Below are positions 24,975-37,468 of a stretch of DNA of 64,000 bases, piece by piece (the first letter of the stretch is position 1; each line of letters begins with the position of its first letter). The notes beneath the pieces were generated by a model, which saw only the letters and a list, made by a program, of their open reading frames with translations, made no database searches and was not told the DNA's origin. The position numbers and the translations under genes were made by a program. The stretch spans positions 12,378,784 through 12,442,783 of the forward strand of contig CM121341.1 in assembly GCA_051530055.1 (NCBI GenBank), read 5' to 3'. The stretch is from Neoechinorhynchus agilis. Its lineage: Eukaryota > Animalia > Acanthocephala.

Positions 24975-25660
24975 TTAAAGTCCATTTGCAAAAGATAAAC
25001 GCGCGACACTAACAGAAACTCCAATCACTATCGAAAATCCTAGGCAAATAATCGACACACAAACTCTTCGCCGATTCGAATGTTTGTTCTCGACATGGTT
25101 TATTCTCTCAGCGTTATTATTAATTGGAATTAAATAGTTTTCCTCTTCAATGGAGGAATGAATTTTAATTTGTTTTTCTTCAAGTAGTTCCGCATAAAAA
25201 GTTTCTCTCTTGATTGGTATAAGTATCTTAGTCGTTAAATTTTTCTTCCTTCTAAACATTTTTAAATTTATATAAAAACGTTTAAATCTTGAGACAAGGC
25301 ATAAAACTGGAAGGTCTGTGTCCTTATCAACCATTTCCTTTAAATGCACTAAAAAATCAAGCTTAGACTTTTAAATCCTGAATAGCCTGTATTACCATTA
25401 ATAACAACAGTTTTGTTCGCTTCCACTATCCCTTTCGGTGGTGAAATCGAAACCTCGTTTTGTCGATTGCATTTGAACTCAAAAATAACGTCTAATGCGT
25501 TTTCATTTGTCAAATAAAGCACGCCGTTTGCGTTATTGTCATTGGGATATGAGTCTTTGAAACAACAACATGGATCACTTTAATCCATAAAAAAGGATAT
25601 CTTACTTCTGAGTACAAGAGATTCACTTGGAAGAACTTTTAAACTCGGCTCAGGCGACAT
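24975..25660 (-). CDS. MSP-domain tail-anchored protein (VAP/MOSPD-like), 3 exons
   Basis: Spliced MSPEPSLKVLPSESLVLR|NSYP...GVLYLTNENALDVIFEFKCNRQNEVSISPPKGIVEANKTVVIN|VHL... fits the MSP fold pattern. The C-terminal hydrophobic segment is VCVSIICLGFSIVIGVSVSVA. Confidence 0.7.
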
Positions 25661-26036
25661 CTATCAATCCATTTAAATTTGCGACTTAAAAGCAATCTCC
25701 ATAGTGATATTGGCGAGCGCAACTGCAATTGAAATTTCGTTCTCAAAATTTCAAATCTCGCTAATTGTCAATCCATTAAACTCCTTTTTTGTTCTTATAA
25801 ATGATCGCATTGTCCCGACGTTTATATACTTTGCAGTTTAACTTTGATTAACTACATCTGAATAGATAAGTTACGTAAATTGTGATATTTGTCTGATTTC
25901 TTCATACAAACTAAATCTTAAAAGCCTCCAGAGCCTATTGAAGGCTTTTGATTAAACATAATAACCATAAAAGGAAACTTTGGATCTACTGCGTTCAAAT
26001 AATACTGCCATAAGATTTTAAAAAGCAATTATTTAA

Positions 26037-26119
26037 ATTTTCTCTATACGGCGAGTTTTTCCCTCCTCGAGATCTATTTGTAATCTCGAGGAGGGAAAAA
26101 CTCGCCGTATAGAGAAAAT
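26037..26119. repeat. Perfect hairpin, 37-bp arms and 9-nt loop
   Basis: 26037-26073 is the exact reverse complement of 26083-26119. Confidence 0.95.
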
Positions 26120-26225
26120 GAACTAAACCCCTCGAAGGAAAACTCGATCGAATTATTTAAATCTTATAAGACTGTCTCCCTAGTAACCCACAACGTCGCG
26201 GTATTTTTGCTTTAGTTAACGATAC

Positions 26226-26882
26226 ATGGATCACAGTAGTCTTATTCCCAATCAAGAGATTCGCAAATCCACCAATAAAAGAAGAGCACTGCTAATTTTC
26301 TTGATGGTTGCTCTTGGTCTCACATGTTCATTTACCGTATTCCTAGAAGTAATCGTTATGCTGGGTGGAATAGCTGTGATGCAGACATCAGTCCACAATT
26401 GGATTTCGACCATTATAGGCGATGAACAAATAGTGTACAATACTCACAAAATTGCAGGAATCTCGATGAAGAAACTATCCGTCCCAATTATCCTTGTGTC
26501 GCTTTTTTACGTTTTGATCTCATCTTACGGGATATTGTCTCTTTTTCGACACTCACGTAGGTCAAACCTTAAGGCCTACGGCAACTCTAATTGGCCTGAG
26601 GTATGACTTAATTCATACATTGCTTTCACTGTTGCAAACTCATTGGTTGTAGTCTTGGAATTTTCACTATTTATTGCAATTGCTGCTAGATTGTATCGCG
26701 TTGCGAAATACATGAACATCGATAATGATTATATGAGTATAGATATATGCAGTGAGCATCCTGAAGCATGTCAATTGGTTCTGAATTATTGGGCGACAAG
26801 TGTTTCACTTTTTGCGACGGTTGTGCTAATTATCCGACTGATTCCTACACTTGTCGCTTTGTTCCTTATTTGGCTCATGTAA
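26226..26882 (+). CDS. Tetraspanin-like four-TM membrane protein (single in-frame TGA at 26604-26606)
   Basis: ORFs 26226-26606 and 26643-26882 are in the same frame. Four hydrophobic segments flank a Cys-containing loop (DICSEHPEAC). No canonical CCG motif is seen. Confidence 0.5.
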
Positions 26883-28599
26883 TTTATTTGCGACAAAAAG
26901 AATTTTTATTTAATTTTTGGGTTTCTTAGCAAGGCATGGAAGCATTTTTTGGAAGTTAATTTAAGAAAATGGAAACATAAATATCGCTCTCTGATGAGGA
27001 TATGTCAAATTTAAAATGGAAGGCAAACTGTAGACAAAAAATTATTTCGACATTTTCCTTCACTCGTCTAAGTTTGGAAAAGATGAAGTGTTTTTTCTAT
27101 ACTCTTTGTGAATGAATACAAACGATTTTTTAATTTTTATCAATTTAAGACCTAGCAAATTTTCGAAAAAGTTGGAATGCAAAACAGTAAAAAATTACGC
27201 GAACAGATTTCTGAAATCAGTAATTCGAATTTCTCTTTAAATATGATGTACAATTTAATACAAATTTTTCAAAATAAATTTTGAATTTAAATTAGGCAAT
27301 CTTACTTAACTTTCAACAAATAGAAATTGAAACAAAAGTTTCGTGGCAAAAAGATTCATTTAGACCAAAAATCACAGAATTTCACTTCGATCGTTTCTCT
27401 AAAATGTTTTTAATAAATCACAATGCTCAAGGAGTATAAACAAAGACTTTTGCACTCTAAATGGAACTCAAGTACCGTTCAATAATAGCGAATTCAAGAG
27501 CTCTTTGATCATGGATCACTCGAAACGAGAAAAATTCTGCAAAACCATTGTGAAGAACAAAATACTATATTTGAAAATTGTTAGCAAAAAAATCGAAGAC
27601 TTACTTTTCGCTTCAATGCATTGTTTCGCATCGAATTTTCGTCGTCCGACATGCTTATTGCCGACAAAATATATCAATCGGATGTTTTAAGAAAGCGAAT
27701 GCATTTTCGGTCTTTTTCTAAGCATTCAGAAAGCTTTTAGCGTCAATACTCCATTTCACCAAAGCAACTTCTTTGCGTGCTACTTCGTGTAAACATTCTT
27801 GCAGTTTCACGAATAAGATTGCAGAGTTTCGGAAGTAACTAGAAGTTGCGCTTGTCTCCAGATATCTCATGCTCGCTACAAGCGCTCTCGCAGCCAACAG
27901 CAAGACTTTAGATATATACGCAAGACCGGCAGTTACCGAGATACAAAACATCCCGGGTGTCTAAAATTTCCGACTTACAGATTGCGGAATTCCGGACTCA
28001 ACAAGCATGTCTGAGCAAGTGCCAGCAATGAACAAACGAAACATACGAGCCGGAGTCAAGCGAACCGCTCTAGCTATCAGGAATGAATCTTCTAATAGTA
28101 TAGAAGGTGAGATATTTTATCAATTTTTTCAATCATTCGTATTTTCTCGAAAAAAATTAATCCAACATTAAAATTTGGTTAAAAAATTGGTATAAATATA
28201 TTGGATCAGACCAATATTTAACGCTTGCGTTTACACTCATGAGAAATATTACAATTTAACAATTTAAGAGCTCATACAACTGAATGGGTCTTTAACGCCT
28301 CGTTAAATAAAATGGGTCGTCTCTATATATTATAATAAGTATTGTTAGCCAAGCGTTGCGTAATTCGATTTCGGTTGTCTGCAGTCAATGTCAACGACTG
28401 CGCATGTGTGGATTCAGTGGTCCTCTATGATGCTGCGTATAAAATTCAATTTCCCTAAAATCCAGTTGGCTCTAAATTGAATTATGTTATTATGTGGGAA
28501 ATGCCATAAGGCTGCAGCAAGTGGATAGAGATTCCGTAATGTCGGTCATTTACTCTTAGATAATCAAAAACCGGTAAAGTTCATTGATTTTTTATTCAG

Positions 28600-29397
28600 G
28601 AGAATGCACTACTCGAAATACAATACCTCGCCCGCATGCTTATAGAAATCCGCATATAGCAGGTTCGTGGAAAATAATTTAAACATGCGGATTAAAAGTT
28701 TTTAGGCACGAATCCCATACAGCTTTGGCAATTTCTACTTGAGCTCTTAAAAAATCCAGCGTTTGCGACGATTATTCGGTGGGAAGGGACTAACGGGGAA
28801 TTCAAATTGATTGAACCTGATGAAGTAGCACGGAAATGGGGTGAACGGAAAGGGAAACCAAACATGAACTACGATAAGTTAAGCCGAGCACTACGATATT
28901 ATTACGACAAAAACATTATGACTAAAGTTCATGGAAGACGATATGCATATAGGTTTGATTTTGATGGACTCAGTCAAATACACCAGAACGCCACGAGTTA
29001 TTCCGGTTATCGATTCCGATCACCACTGATGTCCAGTTCATATGAAGATCATTACTTGCATTTAAACAACTCGATTATGAGGCACTCCTGTACACCAAAG
29101 ATTGAATCTTCACCAAGATCGCCTTCTCGTTCCACCAATCTCCAGTTTGCAAGTAGCGTTTTTGATCCATACAACGCTGGATATTGGACAGTCCCAGCAG
29201 CTGCGGCTTACAATTATAACATTTCAACTGTAACGCACCACACCCACCAAATGACAGCTGCAGTTCCCGTTCCGAATCCAATGGCTGCTGCCGTGGCAAG
29301 GGCGGCTTATTTACCGTCAAACTTTTGGCCCGAGCAACAAAACTTGAATTTTTCATGTCAAGCAATGCCCAGAGCCTTCCCTAGTGATGCATTTTGA
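28600..29397 (+). CDS. ETS transcription factor, ERG/FLI/FEV class (3' exons)
   Basis: Exon from 28706: [11 protein letters not shown]...[62 protein letters not shown] small upstream exon lies at about 28600-28662; further 5' exons are unresolved. Confidence 0.92.
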
Positions 29398-31594
29398 ACC
29401 TAGCAATTCTATGTATTCACTTTAAAATATATATGTTGATTCAAGTGTCGTCTAATTTTTGGGAATATTCCTACCAGTCAATCACTAAATAAAATCTAAA
29501 AATTTCGTAGCGAAGAAATTGAACGAACTTTTAAATAAAAGAAAGATTTTACAGCTAACTGAGCCAGAAACAAGCATTTCTAATTGGTAGATGAGACGTA
29601 AGTTAACTGACATTTTAATCGCAATAATAATTTGGACAACCCAAGCTTGGACCTCGTCTGAAAGAGCACTTTACGCACGGAACAATAGCACGACTGCATT
29701 TCAAGCGGATATTGCCGTTTGTATTGCTAATGTATCCAAGGGTTATTATTATAAAAGCCTGTTATTTTGTTAGACAATCAAATGAGGCCGATGAAAGTGA
29801 TGGCAATATCTCAATTTAAAGCATAATGCAGTTAAATTATTTTCATTTAAAATTTTGATTAATATTTGTATGCTTCCTTCAAGATTGATTTCATGCAGGT
29901 CATATTTTTAAAATGGACAAGGTATACAACCGACGATTATGACCTGCGTGTACTCAGCAAATTTAGCGGGGTCGATAAGAATTCTGATTGGCTAGAAAAA
30001 TGAGGCAATTTCCGACTCTTATGTTGCTCTAAAACTTAACGCATTTAACCGCATTTTAGATTTATTTTCTTAGGGTATTCTCTAGAATTTAATAAATATT
30101 TTAAGTCTTGAATCTGAGATTTCTAAACAGGCAAAATATGATTTTTCTGAGCGATAATCAACGGTTTATTTTTAAATTAGTATGAGCATTGAAAATGTCA
30201 GAAATTCATTCCCATCGACTATAACTTAAATATATCAATTAAATTTTAAACGTATTAATTTTGTTTGTGTGGTGAAAGCATTATTGGCTCCATTCTCGTT
30301 AATAGGAAAAATTACCCTTTTAATATGGCGTTCTTTATCAAATACAGCTTTTAAAAGGTGTACTTAACTGTTAATAAAAATCATGTGCTAATGCATACTT
30401 TCATCACTCCCACAAAAACAATCAAAATTATTCGCGAATGCTTTGATCTGAGCAACGGACGATTAGAGCAATTAATAAAGATTTTAGATTACTTCCTTCT
30501 CAGGGTGAGATATTGCAATCAATAGAAACTGTTTCATCACCACTATGCTTCATTCTACATCACTTTAAATCGGGCGGAAGTCGTAGTTTGATTGCATATT
30601 ACAAACGATTTCGCTAAATTTTTAGAAAGCATTTTCGATTTGGCTGCCTTTATAATATCAGTTAGTCGCTTGCGGTCAACAAATAATAACTGAAATAATA
30701 TAGACTTGTTAAATATGAAAGTCTTTTGTTTTAATTTTTAAAATTGTCCGATGTGCCTTACTGAAAAATTTCAAGAATAATAAACCGACGAGAATTTAAT
30801 TGGTTCATCTTGCGGTATCAACTTTAGAGCAAATTAATTTAGAAAAGAAAAAATGAAAAAGTTGCTAGTTTTTCGGTTTTATGATTTATGCTTTATTTAC
30901 TTGCTTTTAGTGACATAAATTAAATTTTAGTTGTTAGATCTTTTGAAGAATCATTAGACTGAAATTCCCGTTCATGCAATTTTATATTGGTTGCGTTCGC
31001 TTGATTATTAGCCGTGTTTTTTAATAATTTAATGGAAAATAAGTTTATCCAGCCGAGGAATCGCATGTTATGTTCCTATAATCTTTGCAATCTAATTGAA
31101 TTTTTAAATCAATAGACTGTAAAGTTGTGAATCCTGCTGAGCTTAAATTATAGAATGTATTAAACTGATTAGAAAAATCGGGGATTGTTCCAGACGCTAG
31201 TTTTTAACGTTAGCTAACATAAGTAAAAACGCATTTCTAAGTTTAGGATCTCTCCATCTTGATTGGAAAAAAATGTGGAAGGAATTATTTGCTGTCGAGA
31301 ATCGAGCGGAACTCATCAAATAGCGAAAGTGATAATTGGGATCGAAGCAAACTATCCTATTCAATGACAGCCAAGATGTGTCTTGATTATAAAGAATGAT
31401 GATATGAACTAGATTTATCAAGTTTTGAGCCTTTAGAACAAAGTACACTTTTCGGCATGTCACCATCTCCCTCGATCAAACTTAAATTAAGATGGTTAAA
31501 TATGTATTCTCAAAGTTACTCAATTCCATAATCGACGATGCATTGTTAAACCGCTTTTAGTTCATAAAACCTATGAAACTATGATCGATGCTTA

Positions 31595-34551
31595 TTAATT
31601 AAGAAGATTCTCTGAATGAGTTTTCCTTAATTCATCGGAAATGTGCTGCAGAATTTCATCCTGTCTAACAGATCTGAAGAGATCAGGAATAATAAACGCG
31701 ATCGATAACGTTCCAACGATCGTTGCAATCAAAAACACATAAAGAAAGAGTCGATCCATAACGTAAGCTGCAAATCTCCACTCGTCGACAATCTGCGATA
31801 ATATTGAAGGCTGATATCAGAAGGGTAACAACGACAAACCTCAGCGTTTTTTGCGCTTTCCTTAAAGTGGTCAATCAACCAATCAAATTCGCTGACATCG
31901 TGGAACATTGAAGCAAGTCTCGAAGCTACGCTACTAGTCCTTTTTAAATTACGTCCGGAATTATTCTTTTGTAAAGATTCAGTTTGATCTGTAGTTTGAT
32001 TTCGTGTGGTTGACGACGATAAGAATGAAAATGATCGTTCTCTTCTTAGCTTTGCCTCTCTTTTGTCCCGCAAATCGAGAGCTTGATATTTGTCAGCTTG
32101 AGGTGGTTCAATAGGCTTAATGAATAAGATTCTCGGTAGTTGAAAAAGCAAAATTCGTCGCCAAATGCCTCTCATCCGATAAGTTCGAGATGTCCGGTGC
32201 TTTAAATTTAAGTTTACTACTGTTGCAGATATTGCTATTAGTTTAATGATGGCCGCGTCCTTAGAAAAAAAAGTCAAATGATTTCAGATGGAAGTAGGAA
32301 AGTATTTTCATCTTACTCAAAGCAATCAATGGAGTCTCTAATACATGAAATTGAGACTGTCAAGTCAAGCGAATATCAGTTAAAAAATTCACAGTCGAGT
32401 TACTCTTTAGTCCTTTAGTGTAGTTTGAGGCAATAAATATTATTCTGTCAAATTAGTTTGCAAAATCGTGTAAGGTTTCTAAGATTCTATGTAGCCTATT
32501 TGTAATAAGCCGACCATAGGCGATCACCATTTGTGTACATTGAGCATAAAAATAAGTAAAAAGTATTGCGATATAAGCGGCAGACTCGAAGTTGGCGGTA
32601 GAATTTTCGAAACCAGTAGAAGAAACACGTTAATTGAAAGAAGATTTGAGAATCCAAGGGTGATCCGCTCTCTCGTGTCCAGTGGCAAGTAAAATCCAAT
32701 AACAGTAATGAAACTGATCAACGCAAACGGTATGAGAAGATGAATAATATAAAATAGGCTTTTCCTTCTCACTTTTATCTCGGAGATAAATTCCGTCCGT
32801 GTTCCGTTATGAGTGTATTTGATGTACAATGGACACGCTAACACATCCCATGATCCACTTTTAGAGAACTCACTGACATCCATGAGCCTATGCCCATTGT
32901 AATATCCGAAAATGAGTTGTTTTGCGTCGTACGTTAAGGAACCAAATCGCATTTCGCATTTGTGCTCATCAAAAGGAAAATAACGGACGTCTAAATTGCA
33001 ACTGTACTTGTATATCGTCGGAGGTATCCATTGAATTGTTCCTTTGGAGAATATTATAACATTAGAAGCATAAGTGACATCATATTGGCCATCAGCACTG
33101 TTAATGGAATAGCTGTACTCATAATTTTTAAAATAGTCGTTAAATTACTTATTTATTAGTGTCAGATCAGGCGTCCAGATATTTTCTCTTGAAACACGAA
33201 TGGACTCCAATCCGTCGAACTGTTCTGGCTGCCATTGCAGGTATTCATCTCGCCATACCTTAAAATTTATACAACTTGCATATATTACTAAAGTTTTTTT
33301 CTAACGATCGGTGAAGATAAACTAAGAACGAGCTTTTTAACTGGACACAAGGATATTGCAGGAAAAAATGCGATTGTAAAATTTGACGGAATCCTGAACT
33401 TGATGGGAGACGTTTCGATAAGCACAAATGCTCTCTTATTAACATCATTCAATTTTAGTCAATCCCTTTCTTGTCCGGCGAAAGGGATTGATTAAAATTG
33501 AATGATGATAACAATACCGGCTTGCCAGTAAAACTTAAAAAAATCTCTTATTAACATAAAAAACGGGATTTCGACAACTAATATTTGGATAAGTGAACTT
33601 TTAACGCTTTCAAAATTTACGCATATCGCTGGTAAAATATAAGTAGAAATTAGTGAAGAATACTCAATTAGTTTCTATGAGCGATTACATGCGTACTTTT
33701 TGTGAGCTTTCTCGGTACGCAATTTTGGTTAAACTTCTCAAAACGTTACCTACATTTTCATCGCTGTCTCTTTTGACGATTATATGTGCCTTCATGGCTA
33801 GTCCGCTTAAAAGTTAAAAAAATACGTTTATGAATACATTTTAGTATGTTAACGCTCATTAAAACATTTCCTGCTTTTAGTGTCGCTGTCTTGTTAGAAG
33901 ATTATGTGCCTCTCTAATAAGTCCACCTAAGATTTTATTAATTCGCTTTCATAACTGCGTTTTCTATAAAAATTTCAAAAGCACTACAACCTGAGTTCCT
34001 TGTCCGTAATTTTAACCTTTACAATATAGTTTAGTGTAACTATAATGGAATGGTACCCTCCACAGGAATGCACTTCACAGATGAATATAATGTACCGAAT
34101 GAATCCATTTCTGGAAATAAAAATTTTCTGCTTAAATTTGCTTCCGATTAGAAGTTGTCTAGTTACAATGCGTATAGGAAATTATCATGGAATGAAATAG
34201 TATTGGAAAAAATTTAAGAAACACTCACAACATCCAGCCATAAATTGACTTTCACTGTTTCGTCCATTTCGATCTAAATTTTTGAGCTCGATCAAGTATT
34301 GTGCTTATAGCAACATCTGTGCGTACAATTCCATTAATCGCATGCAAAGAAATTCCAAAGTTCACTGTGACGTTATCTTCAACCTTTTTAACGGGACGCA
34401 GATGAGGATTGTAGTCTTTGAAGATATATTGTTGAAGCACTTCTTCGGCATCAGAACAATCGATTGCTAATGAAAAACGCTTAAAACATGGAAACGACAG
34501 TAATGCCATAAAAAACCTTTGGGAAGATTTGTAAATGAGAAAATAAGCCAA
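31595..34551 (-). CDS. Nicotinic acetylcholine receptor subunit, non-alpha type (multi-exon)
   Basis: DYNPHLRPV, WRDEYLQW...IWTPD, INNADGQY, Cys-loop SCNLDVRYFPFDEHKCEMRFGS, M1-M2 LIPFALIS...ERITLGFSNLLS, and M4 EWRFAAYVMDRLFL. No vicinal Cys-Cys in loop C. The start exon is uncertain. Confidence 0.93.
33595..33960. repeat. Degenerate tandem repeat, about 122-bp period, in an nAChR intron
   Basis: TCGCTGTCT...GATTAT(AT)GTGCCT...AGTCC.C.TAA recurs at 33761 and 33883. TTAACGCT occurs at 33601 and 33849. Confidence 0.45.
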
Positions 34552-35262
34552 AGCATCTCAACTCTTGTGTTTTTACAAGGACTTAACAGCAGACTGATGC
34601 AAAGGAGACAATATCTCTGCGTTGTGACATTCCGTGAAAAGAATATGGCTGAGAATCAGGCTGATGCACACATTACCAACAACTCCGTGGCTGATAAAAA
34701 GCATTGGGAATGATCTACCGAAAACTGTCTGATTGAAGCCTAACATTGGAAAGCGAGAATGAAAGACATTCAGATACTTGCATAAACACCACTCGACTGA
34801 TGGAGTTGTTACTCTGAATCTTCTGAAAATAAATGATTCCCATTGAGGTTCATATTATGATTAATGATCACACCGAACGTAAAATTCGTGATAAAATAAA
34901 AAATAGATAGTTGAACTTCTTGATTTTAGATGTGTGAATTTGTAAAGCTCTAAAATATTAAGTTAAATGTACATTTTTAGTTTGATGAGGAGACTTGTTT
35001 GCGAAAAATTTCACCCGGAAAATTATGTATTTTGTGCAATTTTAAAATATTAAAAGCATTTATATAAATCGATATATATTTTCACAATTGCCGCTATCGT
35101 TTATTCAGTTAAAAATTAAGATTCTTAATTAGAGTGCTCTGACAGGTAATCCAAACATTTCAGAAATTTTAATAAATCTTTACATAGTTTGACTCTCAAT
35201 ATCCCCATGAAAAACCGTTGTTTTTAGCAAAATCAGTAATCAATGAAAATTAAAATTCATTT

Positions 35263-37092
35263 TTATGTATTTGTGCGATATCCATGAAACACAGCTAACC
35301 ATTGAGTAAAAAAAGCATCCTTAGTGTCACCGTTATGAATCTCAACAGTCCAGACTCCACTCGGATTTTCTCCCCAGAATTGAACTGACATGAACGGCCA
35401 CTGATAGAACCCTGAAACTGACATATCACGCACTCTTTTGCGGAGTAAATTACTAATCGTTCCCATTGGGGAAGTTAGGCTGATACTCAATCCTCCTCGT
35501 CGATTGCTATCTATCGTAAAAACACTTTCAACATGTTCAAGGCTATTGATAGCATTGCAAGACATGGTAGGCATTTGGCCTACAACACTGCGGTTCGCTG
35601 GTATTCGCACATTATCTACAACCGCAAGAACGGCGCAGCTATGTCGCTCGGGAACATGCGTCCAATTTTGAGCCGTAAGGACTAACTGATTAACATTTAG
35701 AAGTCCAAATCCAAAGAAATCATCGAACTCATAGCCAGCACCATTTGTACGCCAATTTTTTGATTCTAATGGACCTCGGAATGAGGAATGAACAATTAAA
35801 TGTTGGACATCGCGCCAAGTAAGATTCGGATTGGCTTCAAGCGCCAGTGCAACACAAGCGGCTACGATTGGAACCGATGCAGATGTACCCGAATGAGTAT
35901 TTGTACATTCATGACCGAGATCAGAGGTTATTATGTTACGATCCGAAAAGAAATTTCCTCCACTGAACGCAACCGTTAAGGCAGCTGAGCACGATTCGGA
36001 GTATGGCGGAACTTTAAAACTTTCGGTAACGCTATTCACGGTAATTGAAAGTGGAGAGTTCGTGTATCCATCACAATTGCAATCGTCGTCATGTCGTCCA
36101 CCATTGCCCGCTGCCCAAACGTAAATTGTACCAAGACCACGACGACCTTCCTGGACAGCCCTTGTCATGGCTGAGATTGTCATTAGTCCTGGTCCATCGA
36201 CCTTCTCACCATTGTCCGTGGGTCCCCAGGATGAACTGAAGATATCGGTGTAATCCGTTCTATAAGAGAGTGCTTCAGATTCACTCAAATCAGTCATTTC
36301 GCCGTCTAAAATCCTCAGACCTCCCACTTTTGCATTTAGGGCAATCCCGACACAGCATAAACTATTGTTTGCTCTAGCCACAATTTGACCAGCGCATCGA
36401 GTGCCGTGAGCATTCACGTGATCATGGGTAAAGCGAGGAAATGGGTCGTCGTCATTTTCGTTGAAATCATAGCTAATTTTCGGATCATAATTGGCCAATA
36501 TCTCAGGATGGGTGTACTCGATTCCGTCATCTATTAAGAGAAGCCTTTCTGGAAGGTTTAAGCAAATAATTGAAGCTTACTATAAGTTCAATAGAAAAAC
36601 CCAGAAAAATCATAAAAAAGGCTAATCTTCGCTCACAATCGCTATTTTTACGCCTTTCCCCGTAACACCTGATCTCCACGCTCCTTCGATATCCATTAGA
36701 TGCCCGATAGGAGATTCCCCATTCATATACCATTGATGTTTCCACATTGGATCATTGAACGTAAACCGTTCCCTATCTTTTTCCCTGTCCATTCTGCGCG
36801 AACGTTTTTTCCGAATTCTAGGCCACTGAAAATATATCGTTCCGATATATAGAATATCTTTTAACGCTTCAAGTTTTACGATTTTAAGCAGATGATTCCT
36901 ATTGCTTTTTGTAAGCATTCGAAATTTTTTGCACTTGTCCCTACGCTCAACATTGAGTCCAGTCAAGCATTGTAAGTCGTCAAGAGTATCAGCATCCTGC
37001 AAAATAACACGACTTATGCCCATTAAATCATCAGTCTTCGGGATACCACATTGAACAGTTGAAATAACCAAAAGAAATACCCATACTAACAT
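35263..37092 (-). CDS. Furin/kexin-family proprotein convertase (S8B + P domain), 2 exons
   Basis: Signal peptide MLVWVFLLVISTVQC, prodomain cleavage RIRKKRSRR, catalytic DDG, HGTRCAG, oxyanion AAGNGG, GTSAS, and P domain EHV...WPFMSVQFWGENPSGVW. Confidence 0.93.
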
Positions 37093-37468
37093 GCGGTTTA
37101 AGCTGATATTTCTTAAAGCAACGACCATTAAAACTGATTTTATACCACTCACTTCGAAAACTCCATTTGTGATCATATTCATCGTCTTAAGTGAACCGTA
37201 AAACTTGCAAACAACAAATATCGCAAACATTATGCGCAACTAAGTTTTCGAAAATATTGTATTCTTTTCCCTATGGAAGTAAACAAAGGTTCATATTTGC
37301 AGTATCTTTAAATCCAGATTTTTAATGAACTTCTCTTTGGAAAGATCATTTAAAAACTTTTTATTAAAAACAAGAATGTATAACCTTCCATAAAAATAGC
37401 ACGAAAATGCTTTCTATGACTGTTTAAAAATTATTTTAAAATGGTTATAAAGTTTTCACTGATATTGG

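Noticed and set aside
27430-28110. ORFs upstream of the ETS exons as a PNT domain
   Set aside because: No PNT/SAM motif in any frame; may hold 5' ETS exons but cannot be supported.
31050-31466. Possible second ligand-gated channel fragment (FHIFFQSRWRDPKL)
   Set aside because: Only a short resemblance; no Cys-loop or TM exons could be found downstream.
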